From contig NIVC01001564.1 of NCBI GenBank assembly GCA_002269645.1, positions 62,001 through 126,000 of the forward strand: 64,000 nt of DNA. Direction: 5' to 3'. This document shows, in pieces, positions 36,202 through 47,787 of this stretch. The first letter of the stretch is position 1. Every line of letters starts with the position of its first letter. The DNA comes from Macrostomum lignano. Taxonomy: Eukaryota. The notes beneath the pieces were generated by a model that saw only the letters and a program-made list of their open reading frames with translations, made no database searches and was not told where the DNA came from. A program made the position numbers and the translations under genes.

Positions 36202-36548
36202 CTTTCAGTAGATATGGTGACCACCCTCAGTCGGCCGGTAAACGGTGCCCGCTCCAAGTGCCAGGCATAGTAGCCCAGGCAGCCAACGCAGCAGCTGATT
36301 CCACCGCCTATCAACAAGCGCCTACGAGCAGATAAGTACGCTAAGTACTTTTCTTTAGTCTCGGGCTTGAATTTGCTCCATTTTCGACGAGCAACTCTAG
36401 CAGTTAGCGCTGTAGCCATCTTCAACAGTGGCTTCATCAATACCACTACAAGTACAGGCGGTGCTCGGTTCGTTGTCGAGGTGTGAAATAATTTTTTTAA
36501 CTGGCGCAGCTGATGCTGCGGCTGAGTAGGCGCCAAGCGCCATCGCAT
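36202..36548 (-). CDS. OMA1: OMA1 exon 1 with mitochondrial-targeting-like N-terminus
   Basis: FHTSTTNRAPPVLVVVLMKPLLK...RKW...HLERAPFTGRLR, as in OMA1; donor GT at 36201; total CDS 1191 nt. Confidence 0.88.
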
Positions 36549-37199
36549 GTGGCGGGAAAGTGTTGACAGCAGAAGTTTATAATTATATTTATGAGCATGA
36601 GAGCATGAGAAAACAAGTGACCAGGAAAAATGAATGGAAAAAAAATTTTTATATAACAGATGCAGATATGAATTAGGACTGATGGCTTAAGCAGATAAAT
36701 AATCATTGTAAGCTTAGACAAATTTGTTTACTTAAAATTGAAACATTTAAAACTAGGATGCAGGCAGATATTAAGGCTTCTAATGTTGACTGCCACATCC
36801 TTAAAATTGCAACTATTTACTATTTCAACTAGGATTTCTATACTATGTATTTCTCTACTTAGCCAAGATTTTTTGTTTAGATATATTTAAATATACTATG
36901 TGGTACAAATAACTATAGACACTTACCCTACCTTAGACATCTTAAGGGTGTATCTTAAGAATAATAGTCACTAATACTAGAGGCAATGCCTTCAAGGATA
37001 CCATTATAATGTAATTATAATATTACATTATTCGAGTAAAATTGTCATGGCCAAAGATATTTGCTATGAATCTCTTTTATCTAAAGTAACAAAAAGACAA
37101 CAAAATAAAGCCTTCACAAAGATAATGGGCATTCCCCCTTAATAGAAACCATCTCCAAGATAGCACCCTAGAAAAAAACATGCTAAACTTAGAAAGTCA

Positions 37200-38694
37200 A
37201 CCATGGTACTTTCATGACAAGATTGACTTACAAAGTTTTCAAAGTAAGTATCAATTTTGTGGGCCACTTTGTGAGCCGAGCTTTGTGGGCCACTTCTGAG
37301 TCCACTGGCATGGGTTGTATGACTGCAAGGCAGAGTCCAGCCTGTTGATACCACTTATAAATCTGTTGTACGACACAATTGTCTGATGCTTCTGCTGGAT
37401 GACCAGTTCATTTCGCACGAATTGGTGAACAGGGTGAAGTTGGGCTACGCCTTGCATGTCAAGGAAGTAAACTTTCTTTAGGCCCGAGCTCTTCCTGTCA
37501 ACTATTTTCAATGCTAGCACATTTCCTTTGTGCATAAACATGTAGCTTGGAGCTTGGTTTCCCTGGTACCATGAAGACCATCTGGGACACAACAATCGGC
37601 GCAAACTATGCATGTCAGCATGGTGCTCCACTGCAGCAGATATATTGCAAGATGATAAGATCGGAAACCAGCTATCACAGATGTGATAACCTAAATCCAA
37701 TATGTACCTAACTGCCTCCACCAGGACTTTATCACTTAGAGACAGCCCCCCACACTCAAGATCTTGACCGAATCACTCATTCTCAGCTCTACTAGAACTA
37801 GAGTGCACTAAGAAGTTGCTCATGTAACTGGATCTCGCTTTGCAAAGACAATACAGTTTGATGCCATATCGTGCTTTCTTGGATGGAATATATTGACAAA
37901 ACATGACGCGACCCCTGAACAGAACAAGCTCTTTGTGGACACTAATTTCTTTTTCTGGCAATGTACACACTGCAACATATCTCAGCTACATGCATAATAA
38001 ATGGTCTTGCCTTTGCTAGTGGGTCGTTTCCATCGAAGTTGTTGCAGTCATAGAAGCGCAGCTGGCTATTGATCTGTTGGTACCTGTCCCTTGTCAGGCG
38101 AGCAAGTTGTTGGAAGAAAGGTGTTGTGTAGAAATCATCTTTGCTCCAATAGTTGGCGATCTTGGGCTTTTTAACTGTTCCCATGTAAAGCAACATGGCG
38201 ACAAACTTCTTTATCTCGTCCATGGTCACATCTTTCCACACAGAGAACCTTTGAGACAAGTTTGGCATCAATGCTTGTAGCTCATTGAATTTGCGCCATG
38301 TCCATGCATTGGTCCAAGCGCAGAGCTGTTTCAGTAGGTCAGCAGTCAGAAACAGCTTGAAAAACGCAGCTGGATTGTCATTGGCAGACTTTGGCCTCAG
38401 CAAGTCAGGATCCACACCAGGCATTCCCAAGAATTTGGCCTCTGCATCTGGCCGTTTATCATGCCCAACTTCCCGTGCCATCCAAGCATTATTTGGCAAG
38501 CTGCTGGCATCTTCATTTGGCTGGAGATGCAGGTCCTCTTTTTTATATTCACCTTCATCTGCTGTTAGCCAGCCTTTCTTCTCCTCTAGTTCAGAGTTGG
38601 TATCCAGATCAAAATGCACTTGAGCAACCATGACAAACACTGTCCGATACTTAGAAATTATTGCACTAAATAAAGCTACTGATCGATGATTCAA
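37200..38694 (-). pseudogene. piggyBac (PGBD4-like) transposase pseudogene
   Basis: FFKLFLT..., YWS...RDRYQQI...LRF, YIPSKKARYGIKLY and YNRFISGINRLD in three broken frames; catalytic Asp positions degenerate; TIRs not found. Confidence 0.9.
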
Positions 38695-38946
38695 TTAACT
38701 AATTGGCACTTGAATTTTATCATGTAGCTTCAAGCTTTCTTGATTTGATGAATCCCACAATCTTGCTGTGTCATTTATACCCATCTACCTGTCCATCTAC
38801 CTCACTCCACTTGTTTTTTGCTTTTATGTTTATCCTTTATTGCTACGAGTATAAGCTAATCCATTTGTGGAAGAGTAGCTCGTCTAACAAATAGTAGGAA
38901 AATAAACGTCAACAAAAACATAAAAAGTAAACTTTGTTTAATTCTA

Positions 38947-38984
38947 GCCAATGCATTTTGTCAGACACAAGACATTGTCAGGGC
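38947..38984 (-). ncRNA. Decayed minimal hammerhead ribozyme in the Penelope terminal repeat
   Basis: GCC CTGACAA T GTC-loop-GAC AAAA TGCAT T GGC: stem I, stem II and a palindromic ATGCAT stem III are present, but two core G residues are A. Confidence 0.5.
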
Positions 38985-39503
38985 AAATTCAATCAACCTA
39001 AGATCACACCACCAATATATTTAAGCAAAAATCACTATACAGTCCAGAGGCGGGTCAAAACAGTCCAGTAGAATATAGAAAGTGCCAAGTACATAACAAA
39101 GAGAGAGAAAAAAATAATAAAAAAATAGGCACGGTTCTGCTCACAGTACTCTTAGCTCACGCTCCATCCCATTGCTAGTAAGCTGCACATTCAGGTAGGG
39201 TTTGTGCATTCTAATATACGAAGCTTCAATAATCTTAAGCTTATGGTCAAATTTGCACCCATCCAGCACTTTAAAGAGCTGAATCGGTTCACCGTCACAG
39301 CATTTTTTTACAAACAAGCAGATGGTCATTAATTGTAGAGCTCTTTAGCCAATGTTCCCTAGCTCTAATGTGTAGGTGTCGCTTTGTTTTTCCAATATAG
39401 GAAATGCTCTGATCCTCAGAGCAGCGAAATTGGTAAACAACACCAGCCCTTAGAGCAAGTAGAACAGCTGACTTGAAAAAATGCTGTGAATTAAACAAAG
39501 TTT

Positions 39504-39862
39504 TTTTTATTAGAGGCAGGGGGGTTGTGTGCACCCTGGTGCAATTTAAGCGTCATTGGCACACAACCGGCGAGAGGCATTACTGCCCATTCTGCCGACT
39601 CCCCTGAGCAGGCATACAAGCGCGCGGATACGTACGCAGGCACACACTCACACAGGAGTGTACAGCGGCCCTAACTTTATTAATTGTTAGGCATGTACAC
39701 TTCATTGCGCCTTGGGGGGGTTGGCTCTCAAGGCCATTAATTGCACAAGCGAGCCAAGCCGAGATTCCAATCCAGCCCCAAATTAATGTGGCTGCACTTG
39801 GAATTGAGCCTGGGTTGCGGCACACCAGAGCAGCTGCGCTACCGCTGGGCTATGGCCCCCCC
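39504..39862 (-). mobile_element. tRNA-derived SINE family B, copy 1
   Basis: A box TAGCCCAGCGG, B-box-like GGCTCAATTCC, A-rich tail, 12-bp TSD TAAACAAAGTTT (39492-39503/39863-39874). Confidence 0.88.
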
Positions 39863-40369
39863 TAAACAAAGTTTACTTTTTATGTTTTTGTTGACGTTTA
39901 TTTTCCTACTAATCCATTTGCTATTGCAGGCTATGGCTATGTCAAAAATATGCTGAAATAGTCTATGGCCTTGGCCTGCTTTGCAGGCCATTCGGCAAGC
40001 TATGTTAGTAAATAGAATTCCAACCAGCAGTGTCGGATAAGGCTTTAAAAAGTCTTTAGCCAATTAAAATCTATGCCAATGAGTTTAGCCACTAGGCTTC
40101 TATGAATTTAAGGTAGGTGCAGCACAAGACCTGGAACAATGCGCACGCCCTGCAATCTTTTCTTGCAGAAAAAGCAATTCTTATCTTCCTACTAAGTCTG
40201 AATTGTGCTCTATATATATATATCTATATCTATAGAATTTATATATATATGTATTTATTTATATCTTAGGCCTATCTATGCCCTAGATTTTTGGGCATAG
40301 CCTATATTATGATTGATACAAAGTGTGGCCCCCTTGATTTTGTAGGCTAGTTGTACTGGAATGCCACAC

Positions 40370-40900
40370 TCTGGATCATGTAGTATATACCTGAAAATTT
40401 GGGCATACATTGGCCTTGCATGCCAAAAATAGGCATGCACAGTTGGCATACATCATTCCTAAGAAAATAGTATGTGTGCATACCTGGCATGTACTTCATA
40501 GAATCAAGTGGAAGAGTTATTATGAAGTAGAAAAAAAGACGAAAAAATGTTCTTTTTAAGTGAAAATTTCAAGCTTTCCAGTTTTTTTAAGCTTGTAATA
40601 AAGCATTCAAACAAAAGTTGCATGTATCAATTTTTTGCAATGAATAGTAGTCTTGAAGAAGTGGAAAAAACAACTAAAATATTTTCCAAAAAAGGTTCAT
40701 TATACAATTCCAAAAGGTTATTTATTGTCACAACATAAAAAGGTCATTTATTGTTGCAACACTATTATAGTTTTGAGAATGGGTATGCAGTAAATTTTTT
40801 GGCATTCATTTGTAATTATTTGATTTTTGTTCGGGTGTGCACCCAGCATGATCTGGACTATGGCCAGAAAAATGCATGTCCAACAGTAATAGTTCAACCC
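40370..40900 (+). repeat. Unclassified dispersed repeat, copy 2 (internally deleted)
   Basis: Aligns by eye with 10130-10254 joined to 10720-11090. Confidence 0.7.
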
Positions 40901-41231
40901 TGCCCTTTTATGCCAGATAGCCAGAATTTTCTATGAAAAAGGCCATCTTTCTGACTATGGCTCCAGACTCTTTATGGCTTGCCTTAAGTTTTTTATATAA
41001 GACCCAACTATTGAACTAGAAAACAAAAATTAAGATCAAGGTCATACTATTAAAAGATATTATCAAATTATAGACATAGCATAGCATATACAGCCTAGTA
41101 GTATAGTTCTTGTAATTTATAAAATGAGTTTTTGGCATACATAAAATGAAGACTAATAAATGGCTTTTTAAAACAACTTTATTTGATTATTAGATATTGG
41201 ATATTATAGAATTAGGATAGGATTGGATGGA

Positions 41232-41279
41232 CCCAAGGACGACTTAAGTAGACTAGGGCCTACTTAAGTCGTCCTTGGG
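41232..41279. repeat. Perfect 20-bp inverted repeat with 8-nt loop
   Basis: CCCAAGGACGACTTAAGTAG actagggc CTACTTAAGTCGTCCTTGGG. Confidence 0.95.
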
Positions 41280-43130
41280 ATGGACCATGGACATCCTAGG
41301 CCTAGTCAAAGTCAAGCATGGTTTTCAATACAATTGTCAATTTCTATATGATGGTAATACTGAGCTAGCTAATTTATAGGTGATAATCTGAAACTAAGCT
41401 GGTTAAATTCGTAGGCGATAAACTGAAAATGAAAGTAACTATAATAACAATCAATAAAAATGAAACTCAGAGAATGTAATAAAATTGTAGCTCGGATTTT
41501 GAATATTGTAATTTCTTTAGAATTTGTTAGTTTTATATTGTATTTATATTATTTTCCACTCCTGTCCCTCATTCTGTAATTTTAGTAGTATATTGGTACA
41601 TTATCTACTTATTTTGTTATTATTTAGTTTATATTCAAATTGGAAAGAGCGTCGCGCTGGGGGGTCGTTCTCAAAATCAGGCACTGCTTATGCTTCCGTT
41701 TTTTTTCTTTAAAAATTCGTGACTCAATCTTTACCTAAGAACGAATTATAGATGCAACAAACGTATTTTGTGTCGTAAACCACAACAAAATGTCAGGACA
41801 GCATGGAATGCCGCTTTGTTTAAATATTATTATCGGAATTATTTTATTGCACGAAAACTAGAAATACACCAGCATATCATCGTCAAATTCTATAGAGTAA
41901 TTTATTCTTTTAAAATAGATAATAATTTCATTTAATTAGTTTTCTGTTTACGGAGCGCCGAACCCTTAAATAAACATATTTTGTTATAATATGACTGTAT
42001 ACCTATGATACGCATTCGTTTAACTTTGAACAATTTGTGCGTCGCGCAACCTGAGGGTACTATCTCAAGTATTACATTGCTTTGTTCGTGACATTTTCTA
42101 GCTATTTACAAATTAATTACAATGCGCATTGCGTTGGATAACGCAAATATAGTAATTCAAAACATTATCTGAAAATTGTTAGCTACATTTCTTAGCGTGA
42201 ACGACTGATATGTGCATTTATGCGCGAAATTTAGTATCCCGCTAGGCGCTAATTCATATCTGTGGTTACAAGAATGATTGCAAAGTTTATGTATCACATA
42301 ATCCTTTTGGATGATTCAAACATCCATAGGAAGATCTATATGTACTCATATTTTAACTCAGAAGTCTGCTTCAGACGGAAAAAGAATATATTTATACATC
42401 TACAGCAAAAATTAAAGCATGAGTGTATAATAGAGAAGCTTTATAGTAAGTATGAAATTACAAAGGCAGTTTAAATATAGCACACATGGCATATAAAGAG
42501 CTGAGAAAATTCGTGTGCATTGTGTATAGTCTCAAAAAGTTCAAGAAGATGCAAAAACTGGAAAGAAGAGACAAAACAAATCAAGCACAGAAATGAAATA
42601 TGATTGCAAAAAGCTTTGTTGCATTGTAAATATGCATGGAATATTGGAGTTTGGACATCTTAATATATGGTACATATGAATGCAGCCTGATATTCTGTAG
42701 AATTATCTATGTTTGACTCTAAATGTAATTATTTATTATAAATAAGACATTTTCTTGTCTTATATTTTTTATTCTTGCAAGAAATGTAGTCTTGCAAACA
42801 GCTATATACTCTAGTCTGCTATGAATGGATACAATATTATTAAACAAGAAGAAATTTAAAAAGTACATGTATACTGACTGGTTTATGCTAAAGTATTACA
42901 ATCCAAAAGGATTTACAAACGTTACTGCAGGACAAAAACAACTGAAAACAATTTGATGAAATGGGTAGATTAAAAAACATTTATCTGTATATGTAGGCAT
43001 GAAGGAACTATATAATGAAGCTATCGAAACAGTCATGCTTGGACTTGACTGCCCCTGAATCAATAAAAATAGTGCATGAAGAATGATAGTATTTTAAACA
43101 TAGTGTGCATTTAACACTAGTTTAAAGAAA

Positions 43131-43537
43131 TGTAACAGGATGTGATGGACCGAGTTTTGACATCATGGGTGTCGGATTATAATCCTCCAATACTTCGCCT
43201 CTTTTGGGCCTTCACCTTCGACTTACGTTTTCATGTACTTTTAGTCCCTTTAACATATTAATTAGTTGCAGCTAACCTTATTTATTGTCTATGACCTCAT
43301 CCCTACCGTTTAGCCAAGCAATTCCAGCAATAGTGACCTAGCTCATCCTTTGCGTTTACCACTTTTATATCTATGTACAAGACCTCTCCGTTATAGGTTT
43401 CTCTTAGCTTTGCTCCCCTCAGGCGCGTCCATGTTCCTTTCTTTCTGCTTTACCTTTTGCTTCCACTGCCACGAAATACACTCCATCTACTAACTGCTCA
43501 TTAGTTTGTTGTCCAAGCGACAAATTTGGTAGCAGAG
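43131..43537 (+). mobile_element. Gypsy-type 5' LTR plus tRNA-iMet primer-binding site
   Basis: TGTAAC...GCGACA (43131-43522) followed by TGGTAGCAGAG (43527-43537), complementary to the animal initiator tRNA 3' end. Confidence 0.75.
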
Positions 43538-43561
43538 CGTTCACAACTCTTCAAATAATTC

Positions 43562-44092
43562 ATGGTTATTATGCGTTCGATGGATGCCGGCGACACCACC
43601 TCCACTTCTGCAACCACTACTGCTCTGGCGCATACCATGCCGCCCACTCCGACCGCTGTTGCTGCCACCGCTGGCACTAGTTCTGGAGCCCCCACTGGTC
43701 CTGATGCCTCTTTGACACCCAACTTTAACGACCGCTACGACCTCGCCGGGACCGACCGGGGCCCACAACAACTGGCTGCTACTCCTACTGCGCCGGTCAC
43801 TGCTGCCACCCTCACCCCGACAACTCCTGGCATCGATGTCAACGCATTGATGACCGCGAAGATGCAGCAGAACCAACAGCTAATACAACAGCTCGCTGCC
43901 GCAGTCCATCCTGCTGCAACAGCGGAGCCTGCTGCACCGCCCACCTCAACGCCGCTGGAGATGCCGACTCCAAGGAGGCCATACTCCCTTGTCTCTGCCG
44001 CAGCCGATGGAGGCCTCGTTCCGCATTCGGATTTAAATACGAATGGTTCACCTTACTTGTACTACTTGCGCCTAACTTTATTTAATATATAA
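43562..44092 (+). pseudogene. Truncated gag-like N-terminus of the Gypsy element
   Basis: ORF just after the PBS; MQQNQQLIQQLA helix typical of gag N-termini; runs into unrelated DNA at about 44050. Confidence 0.55.
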
Positions 44093-44170
44093 ATGTGAGC
44101 AAATCAACCCCTACTTTAATGGTATATAGCACGTACAATTAGGATAGGATTTCATTTTTAGTATATAGGA

Positions 44171-47100
44171 CTAGCAATCTTCGCCCCCCGATGGGGGACA
44201 TCTGGATAGAATCTCTGTTTTCTAAAGTAACAAAAAGACAGCCAAAAATCCTTCAAAAAGACAACAGACAAACTGCTCAAATGAAGTGCATTGCAAAAAG
44301 AAATCATCCCAAGACTGCAAGCATCCCCCAGATAGCAAGCATCCCCTAGATAGCAAGCATCCCCAAGATGGCAAGCATCCCCCAGATAGCAAGCATCCCC
44401 CAGATTGCAAGCATCCCCCAGATAGCAAGCATCCCCAAGATAGCAAGCATCCCTCAGATAGCAAGCATCCCCCAGATAGCAAGCATCCCCCAGATAGCAA
44501 GCATCCCCCAGATAGCAAGCATCCCCAGATAGCAAGCATCCCCCAGAAAGCAAGCATCCCTCAGATAGCAAGCATCCCCCAGATAGCAAGCATCCCCCAG
44601 ATAGCAAGCATCCCCCAGATAGCAAGCATCCCCCAGATAGCAAGCATCCCCCAGATAGCAAGCATCCCCCAGATAGCAAGCATCCCCCAGATAGCAAGCA
44701 TCCCCCAGATAGCAAGCATCCCCCAGATAGCAAGCATCCCCCAGATAGCAAGCATCCCCAAGATAGATAGCATCCCCAAATAGCAAGCATCCACCAGACA
44801 ATAAGTAGCTAGTGCGACAATTTCCTTAGCATTATAGCGGCTCCTTTAAAATTCGCTTACTTTTACGTTTGAAATTGTGTATCTTTTTATGTTTAACAGG
44901 GTGGCTCTTTTATGTTCTACGCTCGTACATGGTAACTCTTTTATGTTTGATACGGTGGCTTTTCAATGTCTGACATAGTGGCTCTTCTATGTTTGACATG
45001 GGGGCTCTTCTATGTTTGACATGGGGGCTCTTCTATGTTTGACATGGGGGCTCTTCTATGTTTGACATGGGGGCTCTTCTATGTTTGACAAAGTGGCTTT
45101 TTAATGTTCAAAAAGGTGGCTCTTTTATGTTTGACATGGTGGCTCTTTAATGTTTGACATGGTGGCTCTTTAATGTTTGACATGGTGGCTCTTTAATGTT
45201 AGACAAAGTAGCTCTTTAATGTTTGACATGGTGGCTCTTTAATGTTAGACAAAGTAGCTCTTTAATGTTTGACATGATGGCTCTTTAATGATAGACATGG
45301 TGGCTCTTTAATTTTTGACATGGTGGCTCTTTAATGTTGGACATGGTGGCTCTTTAATGTTAGACATGGTGGCTCTTTAATGTTCGACATAAAGTCACTT
45401 ATATGTTTGACATGATGGCTCTTTTATGTTTAACATGGTGGCTCTTTAATGTTTGACATGGTAGCTCTTTTATGTTCGACATGGTGGCTCTTTAATGTTC
45501 GACATGGTGGCTCTTTTATGTTCGACATGGTGTCGCTTCAATGTTTGACATGGAGTTACGTATATGTTTTACATGGTGGCTCTTTTATGTTCGACGTGGT
45601 GGCTCTTTAATGTTTGACATGGGGTCTCTTCAATGTTTGACATGGAGTTACGTATATGTTTGACATGGTGGCTCTTTAATGTTTTACATGGTGGCACTTT
45701 CATGTTTGACCTGGTGGCTCTTAAATGTTTGACATGGTGGCTCTGTAATGTTTGACATGGTGTCTCTTTAACGTTTGACATAGAGTCATGTATATGTTTG
45801 ACATGGTGGCTCTTAAATGTTTGACATGGTGGCTCTTTAATATTTGACATGGTGGCCCTTTTATGTTCGACATGGTGGCTCTTTAATGTTTGACATGGAG
45901 TCATATATATGTTTGACCTGGTGGCTCTTGTATTTTTAACACGTTGGCTCTTTAATGTTCGACATGGTGGCTCTTAAATGTCTAACATGGAGTCACGTAT
46001 ATGTTTGACATGGAGTCATGTATATGTCTGGTATGGTAGCTCTTTAATGTTTTACATGGAGTCACCTATATGTTTCACATGGTGGCTATTTTATGTTTGA
46101 CATGGTGCTTCTTAAATGTTCGACATGGTGGCTCTTTAATGTTTTACATGGTGGCACTTTCATGTTTGACCTGGTGGCTCTTTAATGTTTGACATGGTGG
46201 CTCTTTAATATTTGACATGGTGGCCCTTTTATGTTCGACATGGTGGCTCTTTAATGTTTGACATGGAGTCATGTATATGTTTGACCTGGTGGCTCTTTAA
46301 TGTTTGACATGGTGGCTCTTTAATGTTTTACATGGTGGCACTTTCATGTTTGACCTGGTGGCTCTTTAATGTTTGACATGGTGGCTCTTTAATATTTGAC
46401 ATGGTGGCCCTTTTATGTTCGACATGGTGGCTCTATAATGTTTGACATGGAGTCATGTATATGTTTGACCTGGTGGCACTTTCATGTTTGACCTGGTGGC
46501 TCTTTAATGTTTGACATGGTGGCTTTTTAATATTTGACATGGTGGCACTTTCATGTTTGACCTGGTGGGTCTTTAATGTTTGACATGGTACCTCTTTTAT
46601 GTTCGACATGGTGGCTCTTTAATGTTTTACATGGTGGCTCTTTAATGTTTGACATGGTGGCTCTTTAATGTTTGATAAGGTGGCTCTTTAATGTTTGACA
46701 TTGTGGCTCTTTAATATTTGACAAGGTGGCTCTTTAATGTTTAAAATGGTGGTTCTTTAATTTTCGAAATGGTGGCTGTTTTATGTTTGACATGGTGGCT
46801 CTTTAATGTTCGACATGGTGGCTCTTTAATGTTCTTAATGGTGTCTGTTTTATGTTTGACCTGGCGGCTCTTTAATGTTTGACATGGTAACTCTTTTAGG
46901 TTTGAAATGGTGTCTCTTTAATGTTTGCCATTGTGGCTCTTTAATGTTTGACATGGTGGCTTTTTAATGTTCGACATGGTGGCTCTTTTAGGTTTGAAAT
47001 GGTGGCTCTTTAATGCTTGACATTGTGGCTCATTAATGTTCGACATGGTGGCTCTTTAATGTTTGACATGGTAACTCTTGTATGTTTGATATGGTGGCTC

Positions 47101-47787
47101 TTTTACGTTCGACATGGTGGCTCTTTAATGTTTGACATTGTGGCTCTTTAATGTTTGAAATGGTGGCTCTTTAATGTTTCGACATGGTGGCTCTTTAATG
47201 TTGAGAATTTTGTGTTTTTTAACGTGTTTTAATAAAAAAAACATTTTTCACCACTAAGATTCGAACCAAGGTCGCTACATTAGCATTCCAGTCTGTTTGC
47301 ATCCGGCTATCTCTTTTCAATTGAAGAACATGACTTGTGGCCCTTATAATTCAATACTTATAGCAAGTCGGTTAGAGTAAAAGTTATGACATAATCAATT
47401 TCTCAGTCAGCCAGTATCAGTCTCAATTCAAGTTAGCAATATGGTTACGCAATTTCAATGAAGTCTTGTGTGCGTTTCTGTGGCACTGTTTTCACCTTGT
47501 TGTGATGCAATCTTTATCACAATCGTAATTCAGCCAGTCAGTTTTTTCTCTAGCATTCTTACAATGCATTTCAAGTCAAAAATTTGGCTTGACCTTTGCA
47601 AAAAAGCATGTTTTTCGAATATTTAATCCCTTTAACATTGAGCAATTTCTTAGCCAAGATACATGTACCGTCCCAGGAACATTTCTGATCGAATGGTGCA
47701 AGTTTGAAGAAAATCGGTTGAGCCATTTTTTCTGAAATCTATCGCATAGCTAGTTAGTTACAGACATTTCATTTTTAGTATATAGGA
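44171..47787 (-). mobile_element. Non-autonomous Helitron, unit 1 (minisatellite-filled)
   Basis: Minus strand starts TC (47787) and ends GTCCCCCATCGGGGGGC hairpin + 8 nt + CTAG|T (44171); body of 18-nt and 23-nt arrays. Confidence 0.85.
44925..47200. repeat. 23-nt minisatellite (ATGTTTGACATGGTGGCTCTTTA)n in Helitron unit 1 (second array 48270-52010)
   Basis: Visible; explains the MSNIKEPPCQTLKSHHVKH ORFs. Confidence 0.97.

Larger units (their letters stand above)
38892..39911 (-). mobile_element. 5'-truncated Penelope-like element (GIY-YIG fragment) bounded by 49-bp perfect inverted repeats
   Basis: VVYQFRCSEDQSISYIGKTKRHLHIRAREH...LKIIEASYIRMHKPYLNVQ at 39141-39480 (one frameshift); 38892-38940 is the reverse complement of 39863-39911. 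Confidence 0.85.

Noticed and set aside
38892-39911. Tc1/mariner MITE reading (TA-flanked 47-bp TIRs)
   Set aside because: Better explained as an inverted Penelope terminal tail because one arm abuts the hammerhead relic; not fully excluded.
36900-40300. piggyBac TIRs with TTAA TSD
   Set aside because: No convincing TTAA-CCC...GGG-TTAA pair found around the pseudogene.
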